Source: Eledone cirrhosa
Taxonomy: Eukaryota
NCBI GenBank assembly: GCA_964016885.1
Contig: OZ024741.1
Span: 127,906,001-127,970,000 of the forward strand
DNA length: 64,000 nucleotides
Reading direction: 5' to 3'
The notes under the pieces are model-generated. The model was not told the DNA's origin, did not search any database, and saw only the letters and a program-made list of their open reading frames with translations. Made by a program: the position numbers and the translations under genes. This document shows positions 41,130-53,800 of this stretch, piece by piece; position 1 is the first letter of the stretch; each line of letters starts with the position of its first letter.

Positions 41130-41746
41130 TTGTTTCTACTTTTGACACAAGGCCAGCAATTATCCCAGTGTATTACTGGTACTTTATTTTATCGACCCCG
41201 TAAGGATGAAAGGCAAAGTTGACCTCGGCGGGATTTGAACTCAGACAATAAAGGGCCGTAACTCTGTGCTTGAAAGCATGGCGTCCGACCCTCTACCGAT
41301 ACTGCCAATCCAACAAATAATAATAATAATGAATTCTACTATAGGCACAAGGCCAGCAATTTGGGGAGAGGGGTAAGTCGATTAAATCGACCCTAGTGCA
41401 TTACTGGTACTTCATTTTATCGACCCCGTAAGGATTAAAGGCAAAGTTAACCTCGGCGGGATTTGAACTCAGAACGTAAAGGGCCGTAATTCTATGCCGC
41501 GAAGCAGGATGTCTGACGCTCTACCGATACTGCCAATCCACCGCTCTAATAATTAATTGTTTCTACTTTAGGCACAAGGCCAGCAATTATCCCAGTGTAT
41601 TACTGGTACTTTATTTTATCGACCCCCGTAAGGATGAAAGGCAAAGTTAACCTCGGCGAGATTTGAACTCAGACCATAAAGGGCCGTAACTCTATGCTGT
41701 AGAGCATGGCGTCCGACCCCCTACCGATACTGCCAATCCACCGCTC
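41130..41746 (-). mobile_element. Three tandem Nin/Deu-like SINE copies
   Basis: Copies at 41130-41311, 41333-41546 and 41557-41746 each contain TTTTATCGACCCC-GTAAGGAT.AAAGGCAAAGTT.ACCTCGGCG.GATTTGAACTCAGA and are separated by (TAA)n. Confidence 0.88.
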
Positions 41747-41804
41747 TAATAATAAATAAATAATAATCATGTATAATTATTTAAAATTTTTCTAGCCTCA
41801 AATT

Positions 41805-44800
41805 TCACAGCTTCGGGCCTGAGCAGGTCAAAGTCCTACCCTCAACAGCAGCAGTATAGTTAAACACACAGGTGATAGTCCCCCCCTAGTTGTGGCTATA
41901 AGATACAATGTCACATGTGCCGGTCGGTATTACTACAACTAGAGGACATTGCTACTAGATGTCGGTATTACTAAACTGGTGGATGTTGTGCTAGTGGTGG
42001 TGGTGGTAGTGTTGTTGGTGGTGGTGGTAGTGTTGTTGGTGGTGATGGTAGTGTTGTTGGTGGTGGATTTAGTGATAGTGGTGGTGGTAGTGTTGTTGGT
42101 GGTGGATTTAGTGGTAGTGATGGTGGTAGTGTTGTTGGTGGTGGATTAGTGGTAGTGGTGGTGGTGTTGTTGTTGGTGGTGGATTTAGTGGTAGTGGTGG
42201 TGGTGGTGTTGTTGGTGGTGGATTTAGTGGTAGTGATGGTGGTGGTGTTGTTGGTGGTGGATTTAGTGGTAGTGGTGGTGGTGTTGTTGTTGGTGGTGGA
42301 TTTAGTGGTAGTGGTGGTGGTGGTGTTGTTGGTGGTGGATTTAGTGGTAGTGGTGGTGGTGTTGTTGTTGGTGGTGGATTTAGTGGTAGTGATGGTGGTA
42401 GTGTTGTTGGTGGTGGATTTAGTGGTAGTGGTGGTGGTGTTGTTGTTGGTGGTGGATTTAGTGGTAGTGGTGGTGGTGGTGTTGTTGGTGGTGGATTTAG
42501 TGGTAGTGATGGTGGTGGTGTTGTTGGTGGTGGATTTAGTGGTAGTGGTGGTGGTGTTGTTGTTGGTGGTGGATTTAGTGGTAGTGGTGGTGGTGGTGTT
42601 GTTGGTGGTGGATTTAGTGGTAGTGGTGGTGGTGTTGTTGTTGGTGGTGGATTTAGTGGTAGTGGTGGTGGTGGTAGTGTTGTTGGTGGTGGATTTAGTG
42701 GTAGTGGTGGTGGTAGTGTTGTTGGTGGTGGATTTAGTGGTAGTGGTGGTGGTAGTGTTGTTGGTGGTGGATTTAGTGGTAGTGGTGGTGGTGTTGTTGT
42801 TGGTGGTGGATTTAGTGGTAGTGGTGGTGGTGGTGTTGTTGGTGGTGGATTTAGTGGTAGTGGTGGTGTTGTTGTTGTTGGTGGTGGATATAGTGGTAGT
42901 GGTGGTGGTGTTGTTGTTGGTGGTGGATTTAGTGGTAGTGGTGGTGGTGGTGTTGTTGGTGGTGGATTTAGTGGTAGAGGTGGTGTTGTTGTTGGTGGTG
43001 GATTTAGTGGTAGTAGTGGTGGTGGTAGTGTTGTTGGTGGTGGATTTAGTGGTAGTGGTGGTGGTAGTGTTGTTGGTGGTGGATTTAGTGGTAGTGGTGG
43101 TGGTAGTGTTGTTGGTGGTGGATTTAGTGGTAGTGGTGGTGGTGTTGTTGTTGGTGGTGGATTTAGTGGTAGTGGTGGTGGTGGTGTTGTTGGTGGTGGA
43201 TTTAGTGGTAGTGGTGGTGGTGTTGTTGTTGGTGGTGGATTTAGTGGTAGTGGTGGTGGTGGTGTTGTTGGTGGTGGATTTAGTGGTAGTGGTGGTGGTG
43301 TTGTTGTTGGTGGTGGATTTAGTGGTAGTGGTGGTGGTAGTGTTGTTGGTGGTGGATTTAGTGGTAGTGGTGGTGGTGTTGTTGTTGGTGGTGGATTTAG
43401 TGGTAGTGGTGGTGGTGTTGTTGTTGGTGGTGGATTTAGTGGTAGTGGTGGTGGTGGTGTTGTTGGTGGTGGATTTAGTGGTAGTGGTGGTGGTGTTGTT
43501 GTTGGTGGTGGATTTAGTGGTAGTGGTGGTGGTGTTGTTGTTGGTGGTGGATTTAGTGGTAGTGGTGGTGGTGGTGTTGTTGGTGGTGGATTTAGTGGTA
43601 GTGGTGGTGGTGTTGTTGTTGGTGGTGGATTTAGTGGTAGTGGTGGTGGTAGTGTTGTTGGTGGTGGATTTAGTGGTAGTGGTGGTGGTGTTGTTGTTGG
43701 TGGTGGATTTAGTGGTAGTGGTGGTGGTAGTGTTGTTGGTGGTGGATTTAGTGGTAGAGGTGGTGTTGTTGTTGTTGGTGGGGGATTTAGTGGTAGTAGT
43801 GGTGGTAGTGTTGATGGTGGTGGATTTAGTGGTAGTGGTGGTGGTGTTGTTGTTGGTGGTGGATTTAGTGGTAGTGGTGGTGGTAGTGTTGTTGGTGGTG
43901 GATTTAGTGGTAGTGGTGGTGGTGGTGTTGTTGGTGGTGGATTTAGTGGTAGTGGTGGTGGTAGTGTTGTTCGTGGTGGATTTAGTGGTCGTGGTGGTGG
44001 TGGTGGTGTTGGTGGTGGATTTAGTGGTAGTGGTGGTGGTGTTGTTGTTGGTGGTGGATTTAGTGGTAGTGGTGGTGGTAGTGTTGTTGGTGGTAGATTT
44101 AGTGGTAGTGGTGGTGGTGGTGGTGTTGGTGGTGGATTTAGTGGTAGTGGTGGTGGTGTTGTTGTTGGTGGTGGATTTAGTGGTAGTGGTGGTGGTAGTG
44201 TTGTTGGTGGTAGATTTAGTGGTAGTGGTTGTGTTGTTGTTGTTGGTGGTGGATTTAGTGGTAGTGGTGGTGGTGGTGTTGTTGGTGGTGGATTTAGTGG
44301 TAGTGGTGGTGGTGGTGTTGTTGGTGGTGGATTTAGTGGTAGTGGTGGTGTTGTTGTTGGTGGTGGATTTAGTGGTAGTGGTAGTGGTGTTGGTGGTGGA
44401 TTTAGTGGTAGTGGTGGTGGTGTTGTTGTTGGTGGTGGATTTAGTGGTAGTGGTAGTGGTGTTGGTGGTGGATTTAGTGGTAGTGGTGGTGGTGTTGTTG
44501 TTGGTGGTGGATTTAGTGGTAGTGGTGGTGGTGGTAGTGTTGTTGGCGGTGGATTTAGTGGTAGTGGTGGTGGTGGTGGTGTTGGTGGTGGATTTAGTGG
44601 TAGTGGTGGTGGTGGTGGTGTTGGTGGTGGATTTAGTGGTAGTGGTGGTGGTAGTGTTGTTGGCGGTGGATTTAGTGGTAGTGGTGGTGGTGGTGGTGTT
44701 GGTGGTGGATTTAGTGGTAGTGGTGGTGGTGGTGGTGTTGGTGGTGGATTTAGTGGTAGTGGTGGTGGTAGTGTTGTTGGCGGTGGATTTAGTGGTAGTG

Positions 44801-47800
44801 GTGGTGGTGGTGGTGTTGGTGGTGGATTTACTGGTCGTGGTGGTGGTGGTGTTGTTGGTGGTGGATTTAGTGGTAGTGGTGGTGGTGTTGTTGTTGGTGG
44901 TGGATTTAGTGGTAGTGGTGGTGGTAGTGTTGTTGGTGGTGGATTTAGTGGTAGTGGTGGTGGTGGTAGTGTTGTTGGTGGTGGATTTAGTGGTAGTGGT
45001 GGTGGTGGTGGTGTTGGTGGTGGATTTAGTGGTAGTGGTGGTGGTGGTAGTGTTGTTGGCGGTGGATTTAGTGGTAGTGGTGGTGGTGGTGGTGTTGGTG
45101 GTGGATTTAGTGGTAGTGGTGGTGGTGGTAGTGTTGTTGGCGGTGGATTTAGTGGTAGTGGTGGTGGTGGTGGTGTTGGTGGTGGATTTAGTGGTAGTGG
45201 TGGTGGTGGTGGTGTTGGTGGTGGATTTACTGGTCGTGGTGGTGGTGGTGTTGTTGGTGGTGGATTTAGTGGTAGTGGTGGTGGTGTTGTTGTTGGTGGT
45301 GGATTTAGTGGTAGTGGTGGTGGTAGTGTTGTTGGTGGTGGATTTAGTGGTAGTGGTGGTGGTGGTAGTGTTGTTGGTGGTGGATTTAGTGGTAGTGGTA
45401 GTGGTAGTGTTGTTGGTGGTGGATTTAGTGGTAGTGGTGGTGGTAGTGTTGTTGGTGGTGGATTTAGTGGTAGTGGTGGTGGTGGTGTTGTTGGTGGTGG
45501 ATTTAGTGGTCGTGGTGGTGGTGGTGTTGTTGGTGGTGGATTTAGTGGTAGTGGTGGTGGTAGTGTTGTTGGTGGTGGATTTAGTGGTAGTGGTGGTGGT
45601 GGTAGTGTTGTTGGTGGTGGATTTAGTGGTAGTGGTGGTGGTGGTGTTGTTGGTGGTGGATTTAGTGGTAGTGGTGGTGGTGGTGGTGTTGGTGGTGGAT
45701 TTAGTGGTAGTGGTGGTGGTGGTGGTGTTGGTGGTGGATTTAGTGGTAGTGGTGGTGGTGTTGTTGGTGGTGGATTTAGTGGTAGTGGTGGTGGTGGTGG
45801 TGTTGGTGGTGGATTTAGTGGTAGTGGTGGTGGTGGTAGTGTTGGTGGTGGATTTAGTGGTAGTGGTTGTGTTGTTGTTGTTGGTGGTGGATTTAGTGGT
45901 AGTGGTGGTGGTGGTGTTGTTGGTGGTGGATTTAGTGGTCGTGGTGGTGGTGGTAGTGTTGTTGGTGGTGGATTTAGTGGTAGTGGTGGTGGTGGTGTTG
46001 TTGGTGGTGGATTTAGTGGTAGTGGTGGTGGTGGTGTTGTTGGTGGTGGATTTAGTGGTAGTGGTGGTGGTGTTGTTGTTGGTGGTGGATTTAGTGGTAG
46101 TGGTGGTGGTGTTGTTGGTGGTAGATTTAGTGGTAGTGGTGGTGGTGTTGTTGTTGGTGGTGGATTTAGTGGTAGTGGTGGTGGTAGTGTTGTTGGTGGT
46201 GGATTTAGTGGTAGTGGTGGTGGTGTTGTTGTTGGTGGTGGATTTAGTGGTAGTGGTGGTGGTAGTGTTGTTGGTGGTGGATTTAGTGGTAGTGGTGGTG
46301 GTGGTGTTGTTGGTGGTGGATTTAGTGGTAGTGGTGGTGGTGGTGTTGTTGGTGGTGGATTTAGTGGTAGTGGTGGTGGTGTTGTTGGTGGTGGATTTAG
46401 TGGTAGTGGTGGTGGTGTTGTTGTTGGTGGTGGATTTAGTGGTAGTGGTGGTGGTAGTGTTGTTGGTGGTGGATTTAGTGGTAGTGATGGTGGTAGTGTT
46501 GTTGGTGGTGGATTTAGTGGTAGTGGTGGTGGTAGTGTTGTTGGTGGTGGATTTAGTGGTGGTGGTGGTGGTGGTGTTGTTGGTGGTGGATTTAGTGGTA
46601 GTGGTGGTGGTGTTGTTGGTGGTGGATTTAGTGGTAGTGGTGGTGGTAGTGTTGTTGGTGGTGGATTTAGTGGTAGTGGTGGTGGTAGTGTTGTTGGTGG
46701 TGGATTTAGTGGTAGTGGTGATGGTAGTGTTGTTGGTGGTGGATTTAGTGGTCGTGGTGGTGGTGGTGTTGTTGGTGGTGGATTTAGTGGTAGTGGTGGT
46801 GGTAGTGTTGTTGGTGGTGGATTTAGTGGTAGTGGTGGTGGTAGTGTTGTTGGTGGTGGATTTAGTGGTAGTGGTGGTGGTGTTGTTGTTGGTGGTGGAT
46901 TTAGTGGTAGTGGTGGTGGTAGTGTTGTTGGTGGTGGATTTAGTGGTAGTGGTGGTGGTAGTGTTGTTGGTGGTGGATTTAGTGGTAGTGGTGGTGGTAG
47001 TGTTGTTGGTGGTGGATTTAGTGGTAGTGGTGGTAGTGTTGTTGGTGGTGGATTTAGTGGTAGTGGTGGTGGTAGTGTTGTTGGTGGTGGATTTAGTGGT
47101 AGTGGTGGTGGTAGTGTTGTTGGTGGTGGATTTAGTGGTAGTGGTGGTGGTGGTGTTGTTGGTGGTGGATTTAGTGGTAGTGGTGGTGGTAGTGTTGTTG
47201 GTGGTGGATTTAGTGGTAGTGGTGGTGGTAGTGTTGTTGGTGGTGGATTTAGTGGTAGTGGTGGTGGTAGTGTTGTTGGTGGTGGATTTAGTGGTAGTGG
47301 TGGTGGTGGTGTTGTTGGTGGTGGATTTAGTGGTAGTGGTGGTGGTAGTGTTGTTGGTGGTGGATTTAGTGGTAGTGGTGGTGGTGTTGTTGTTGGTGGT
47401 GGATTTAGTGGTAGTGGTGGTGGTGTTGTTGTTGGTGGTGGATTTAGTGGTAGTGGTGGTGGTGGTGTTGTTGGTGGTGGATTTAGTGGTAGTGGTGGTG
47501 GTGGTGTTGTTGGTGGTGGATTTAGTGGTAGTGGTGGTGGTGGTGTTGTTGGTGGTGGATTTAGTGGTAGTGGTGGTGGTGGTGTTGTTGGTGGTGGATT
47601 TAGTGGTAGTGGTGGTGGTGGTGTTGTTGGTGGTGGATTTAGTGGTAGTGGTGGTGGTGGTGTTGTTGGTGGTGGATTTAGTGGTAGTGGTGGTGGTGGT
47701 GTTGTTGGTGGTGGATTTAGTGGTAGTGGTGGTGGTGGTGTTGTTGGTGGTGGATTTAGTGGTAGTGGTGGTGGTGGTGTTGTTGGTGGTGGATTTAGTG

Positions 47801-50800
47801 GTAGTGGTGGTGGTGGTGTTGTTGGTGGTGGATTTAGTGGTAGTGGTGGTGGTGGTGTTGTTGGTGGTGGATTTAGTGGTAGTGGTGGTGGTGGTGTTGT
47901 TGGTGGTGGATTTAGTGGTAGTGGTGGTGGTGGTGTTGTTGGTGGTGGATTTAGTGGTAGTGGTGGTGGTGGTGTTGTTGGTGGTGGATTTAGTGGTAGT
48001 GGTGGTGGTGGTGTTGTTGGTGGTGGATTTAGTGGTAGTGGTGGTGGTGGTGTTGTTGGTGGTGGATTTAGTGGTAGTGGTGGTGGTGGTGTTGTTGGTG
48101 GTGGATTTAGTGGTAGTGGTGGTGGTGGTGTTGTTGGTGGTGGATTTAGTGGTAGTGGTGGTGGTGGTGTTGTTGGTGGTGGATTTAGTGGTAGTGGTGG
48201 TGGTGGTGTTGTTGGTGGTGGATTTAGTGGTAGTGGTGGTGGTGGTGTTGTTGGTGGTGGATTTAGTGGTAGTGGTGGTGGTGGTGTTGTTGGTGGTGGA
48301 TTTAGTGGTAGTGGTGGTGGTGGTGTTGTTGGTGGTGGATTTAGTGGTAGTGGTGGTGGTGGTGTTGTTGGTGGTGGATTTAGTGGTAGTGGTGGTGGTG
48401 GTGTTGTTGGTGGTGGATTTAGTGGTAGTGGTGGTGGTGGTGTTGTTGGTGGTGGATTTAGTGGTAGTGGTGGTGGTGGTGTTGTTGGTGGTGGATTTAG
48501 TGGTAGTGGTGGTGGTGGTGTTGTTGGTGGTGGATTTAGTGGTAGTGGTGGTGGTGGTGTTGTTGGTGGTAGATTTAGTGGTAGTGGTGGTGGTGGTGTG
48601 TTGTTGGTGGTGGATTTAGTGGTAGTGGTGGTGGTGGTGTTGTTGGTGGTGGATTTAGTGGTAGTGGTGGTGGTGGTGTTGTTGGTGGTGGATTTAGTGG
48701 TAGTGGTGGTGGTGGTGTTGTTGGTGGTGGATTTAGTGGTAGTGGTGGTGGTGGTGTTGTTGGTGGTGGATTTAGTGGTAGTGGTGGTGGTGGTGTTGTT
48801 GGTGGTGGATTTAGTGGTAGTGGTGGTGGTGGTGTTGTTGGTGGTGGATTTAGTGGTAGTGGTGGTGGTGGTGTTGTTGGTGGTGGATTTAGTGGTAGTG
48901 GTGGTGGTGGTGTTGTTGGTGGTGGATTTAGTGGTAGTGGTGGTGGTGGTGTTGTTGGTGGTGGATTTAGTGGTAGTGGTGGTGGTGGTGTTGTTGGTGG
49001 TGGATTTAGTGGTAGTGGTGGTGGTAGTGTTGTTGGTGGTGGATTTAGTGGTAGTGGTGGTGGTGGTGTTGTTGGTGGTGGATTTAGTGGTAGTGGTGGT
49101 GGTAGTGTTGTTGGTGGTGGATTTAGTGGTAGTGGTGGTGGTGGTGTTGTTGGTGGTGGATTTAGTGGTAGTGGTGGTGGTAGTGTTGTTGGTGGTGGAT
49201 TTAGTGGTAGTGGTGGTGGTGGTGTTGTTGGTGGTGGATTTAGTGGTAGTGGTGGTGGTGGTGTTGTTGGTGGTGGATTTAGTGGTAGTGGTGGTGGTGG
49301 TGTTGTTGGTGGTGGATTTAGTGGTAGTGGTGGTGGTAGTGTTGTTGGTGGTGGATTTAGTGGTAGTGGTGGTGGTGGTGTTGTTGGTGGTGGATTTAGT
49401 GGTAGTGGTGGTGGTAGTGTTGTTGGTGGTGGATTTAGTGGTAGTGGTGGTGGTGGTGTTGTTGGTGGTGGATTTAGTGGTAGTGGTGGTGGTAGTGTTG
49501 TTGGTGGTGGATTTAGTGGTAGTGGTGGTGGTGGTGTTGTTGGTGGTGGATTTAGTGGTAGTGGTGGTGGTAGTGTTGTTGGTGGTGGATTTAGTGGTAG
49601 TGGTGGTGGTGGTGTTGTTGGTGGTGGATTTAGTGGTAGTGGTGGTGGTAGTGTTGTTGGTGGTGGATTTAGTGGTAGTGGTGGTGGTGTTGTTGTTGGT
49701 GGTGGATTTAGTGGTAGTGGTGGTGGTAGTGTTGTTGGTGGTGGATTTAGTGGTAGTGGTGGTGGTGGTGTTGTTGGTGGTGGATTTAGTGGTAGTGGTG
49801 GTGGTAGTGTTGTTGGTGGTGGATTTAGTGGTAGTGGTGGTGGTGGTGTTGTTGGTGGTGGATTTAGTGGTAGTGGTGGTGGTAGTGTTGTTGGTGGTGG
49901 ATTTAGTGGTAGTGGTGGTGGTGGTGTTGTTGGTGGTGGATTTAGTGGTAGTGGTGGTGGTAGTGTTGTTGGTGGTGGATTTAGTGGTAGTGGTGGTGGT
50001 GGTGTTGTTGGTGGTGGATTTAGTGGTAGTGGTGGTGGTAGTGTTGTTGGTGGTGGATTTAGTGGTAGTGGTGGTGGTGTTGTTGTTGGTGGTGGATTTA
50101 GTGGTAGTGGTGGTGGTAGTGTTGTTGGTGGTGGATTTAGTGGTAGTGGTGGTGGTGGTGTTGTTGGTGGTGGATTTAGTGGTAGTGGTGGTGGTAGTGT
50201 TGTTGGTGGTGGATTTAGTGGTAGTGGTGGTGGTGGTGTTGTTGGTGGTGGATTTAGTGGTAGTGGTGGTGGTAGTGTTGTTGGTGGTGGATTTAGTGGT
50301 AGTGGTGGTGGTGGTGTTGTTGGTGGTGGATTTAGTGGTAGTGGTGGTGGTAGTGTTGTTGGTGGTGGATTTAGTGGTAGTGGTGGTGGTGGTGGTGTTG
50401 GTGGTGGATTTAGTGGTAGTGGTGGTGGTGTTGTTGTTGGTGGTGGATTTAGTGGTAGTGGTGGTGGTAGTGTTGTTGGTGGTGGATTTAGTGGTAGTGG
50501 TGGTGGTAGTGTTGTTGGTGGTGGATTTAGTGGTAGTGGTGGTGGTGTTGTTGTTGGTGGTGGATTTAGTGGTAGTGGTGGTGGTAGTGTTGTTGGTGGT
50601 GGATTTAGTGGTGGTGTTGTTGGTGGTGGATTTAGTGGTAGTGGTGGTGGTGTTGTTGTTGGTGGTGGATTTAGTGGTAGTGGTGGTGGTAGTGTTGTTG
50701 GTGGTGGATTTAGTGGTAGTGGTGGTGGTGTTGTTGTTGGTGGTGGATTTAGTGGTAGTGGTGATGGTAGTGTTGTTGGTGGTGGATTTAGTGGTAGTGG

Positions 50801-53800
50801 TGGTGGTAGTGTTGTTGGTGGTGGATTTAGTGGTAGTGGTGATGGTAGTGTTGTTGGTGGTGGATTTAGTGGTAGTGGTGGTGGTAGTGTTGTTGGTGGT
50901 GGATTTAGTGGTAGTGGTGGTGGTGTTGTTGTTGGTGGTGGATTTAGTGGTAGTGGTGGTGGTAGTGTTGTTGGTGGTGGATTTAGTGGTAGTGGTGGTG
51001 GTGTTGTTGTTGGTGGTGGATTTAGTGGTAGTGGTGGTGGTAGTGTTGTTGGTGGTGGATTTAGTGGTAGTGGTGGTGGTAGTGTTGTTGGTGGTGGATT
51101 TAGTGGTAGTGGTAGTGGTGGTGTTGTTGGTGGTGGATTTAGTGGTAGTGGTGGTGGTGTTGTTGTTGGTGGTGGATTTAGTGGTAGTGGTGGTGGTAGT
51201 GTTGTTGGTGGTGGATTTAGTGGTAGTGGTGGTGGTGGTGGTGTTGGTGGTGGATTTAGTGGTAGTGGTGGTGGTGTTGTTGTTGGTGGTGGATTTAGTG
51301 GTAGTGGTGGTGGTAGTGTTGTTGGTGGTGGGTTTAGTGGTGGTGTTGTTGGTGGTGGATTTAGTGGTAGTGGTGGTGGTGTTGTTGTTGGTGGTGGATT
51401 TAGTGGTAGTGGTGGTGGTAGTGTTGTTGGTGGTGGATTTAGTGGTGGTGTTGTTGGTGGTGGATTTAGTGGTAGTGGTGGTGGTGTTGTTGTTGGTGGT
51501 GGATTTAGTGGTAGTGGTGGTGGTAGTGTTGTTGGTGGTGGATTTAGTGGTAGTGGTGGTGGTGGTGGTGTTGGTGGTGGATTTAGTGGTAGTGGTGGTG
51601 GTGTTGTTGTTGGTGGTGGATTTAGTGGTCGTGGTGGTGGTGGTAGTGTTGTTGGTGGTGGATTTAGTGGTAGTGGTGGTGGTGGTGTTGTTGGTGGTGG
51701 ATTTAGTGGTAGTGGTGGTGGTGTTGTTGGTGGTGGATTTAGTGGTAGTGGTGGTGGTGTTGTTGTTGGTGGTGGATTTAGTGGTAGTGGTGGTGGTAGT
51801 GTTGTTGGTGGTGGATTTAGTGGTAGTGATGGTGGTAGTGTTGTTGGTGGTGGATTTAGTGGTAGTGGTGGTGGTAGTGTTGTTGGTGGTGGATTTAGTG
51901 GTGGTGGTGGTGGTGGTGTTGTTGGTGGTGGATTTAGTGGTAGTGGTGGTGGTGTTGTTGGTGGTGGATTTAGTGGTAGTGGTGGTGGTAGTGTTGTTGG
52001 TGGTGGATTTAGTGGTAGTGGTGGTGGTAGTGTTGTTGGTGGTGGATTTAGTGGTAGTGGTGATGGTAGTGTTGTTGGTGGTGGATTTAGTGGTCGTGGT
52101 GGTGGTGGTGTTGTTGGTGGTGGATTTAGTGGTAGTGGTGGTGGTAGTGTTGTTGGTGGTGGATTTAGTGGTAGTGGTGGTGGTAGTGTTGTTGGTGGTG
52201 GATTTAGTGGTAGTGGTGGTGGTGTTGTTGTTGGTGGTGGATTTAGTGGTAGTGGTGGTGGTAGTGTTGTTGGTGGTGGATTTAGTGGTAGTGGTGGTGG
52301 TAGTGTTGTTGGTGGTGGATTTAGTGGTAGTGGTGGTGGTAGTGTTGTTGGTGGTGGATTTAGTGGTAGTGGTAGTGGTGGTAGTGTTGTTGGTGGTGGA
52401 TTTAGTGGTAGTGGTGGTGGTAGTGTTGTTGGTGGTGGATTTAGTGGTAGTGGTGGTGGTAGTGTTGTTGGTGGTGGATTTAGTGGTAGTGGTGGTGGTA
52501 GTGTTGTTGGTGGTGGATTTAGTGGTAGTGGTGGTGGTGGTGTTGTTGGTGGTGGATTTAGTGGTAGTGGTGGTGGTGTTGTTGTTGGTGGTGGATTTAG
52601 TGGTAGTGGTGGTGGTGGTGTTGTTGGTGGTGGATTTAGTGGTAGTGGTGGTGGTGGTGTTGTTGGTGGTGGATTTAGTGGTAGTGGTGGTGGTGGTGTT
52701 GTTGGTGGTGGATTTAGTGGTAGTGGTGGTGGTAGTGTTGTTGGTGGTGGATTTAGTGGTAGTGGTGGTGGTGTTGTTGTTGGTGGTGGATTTAGTGGTA
52801 GTGGTGGTGGTAGTGTTGTTGGTGGTGGATTTAGTGGTAGTGGTGGTGGTGGTGTTGTTGGTGGTGGATTTAGTGGTAGTGGTGGTGGTGTTGTTGGTGG
52901 TGGATTTAGTGGTAGTGGTGGTGGTAGTGTTGTTGGTGGTGGATTTAGTGGTAGTGGTGGTGGTAGTGTTGTTGGTGGTGGATTTAGTGGTAGTGGTGGT
53001 GGTAGTGTTGTTGGTGGTGGATTTAGTGGTAGTGGTGGTGGTGGTGTTGTTGGTGGTGGATTTAGTGGTAGTGGTGGTGGTGGTGTTGTTGGTGGTGGAT
53101 TTAGTGGTAGTGGTGGTGGTGTTGTTGGTGGTGGATTTAGTGGTAGTGGTGGTGGTGGTGTTGTTGGTGGTGGATTTAGTGGTAGTGGTGGTGGTGTTGT
53201 TGTTGGTGGTGGATTTAGTGGTAGTGGTGGTGGTAGTGTTGTTGGTGGTGGATTTAGTGGTAGTGGTGGTGGTGGTGGTGTTGGTGGTGGATTTAGTGGT
53301 AGTGGTGGTGGTGTTGTTGTTGGTGGTGGATTTAGTGGTAGTGGTGGTGGTAGTGTTGTTGGTGGTGGGTTTAGTGGTGGTGTTGTTGGTGGTGGATTTA
53401 GTGGTAGTGGTGGTGGTGTTGTTGTTGGTGGTGGATTTAGTGGTAGTGGTGGTGGTAGTGTTGTTGGTGGTGGATTTAGTGGTAGTGGTGGTGGTGGTGG
53501 TGTTGGTGGTGGATTTAGTGGTAGTGGTGGTGGTGTTGTTGTTGGTGGTGGATTTAGTGGTAGTGGTGGTGGTAGTGTTGTTGGTGGTGGGTTTAGTGGT
53601 GGTGTTGTTGGTGGTGGATTTAGTGGTAGTGGTGGTGGTGTTGTTGTTGGTGGTGGATTTAGTGGTAGTGGTGGTGGTAGTGTTGTTGGTGGTGGATTTA
53701 GTGGTGGTGTTGTTGGTGGTGGATTTAGTGGTAGTGGTGGTGGTGTTGTTGTTGGTGGTGGATTTAGTGGTAGTGGTGGTGGTAGTGTTATTGGTGGTGG

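Noticed and set aside
42108-48597. Pro-rich half (PPPPLPLNPPPTT) of the 4037-aa ORF as a genuine extensin-like domain
   Set aside because: It is the same DNA repeat read in a shifted frame after the +2 indel at 48598.
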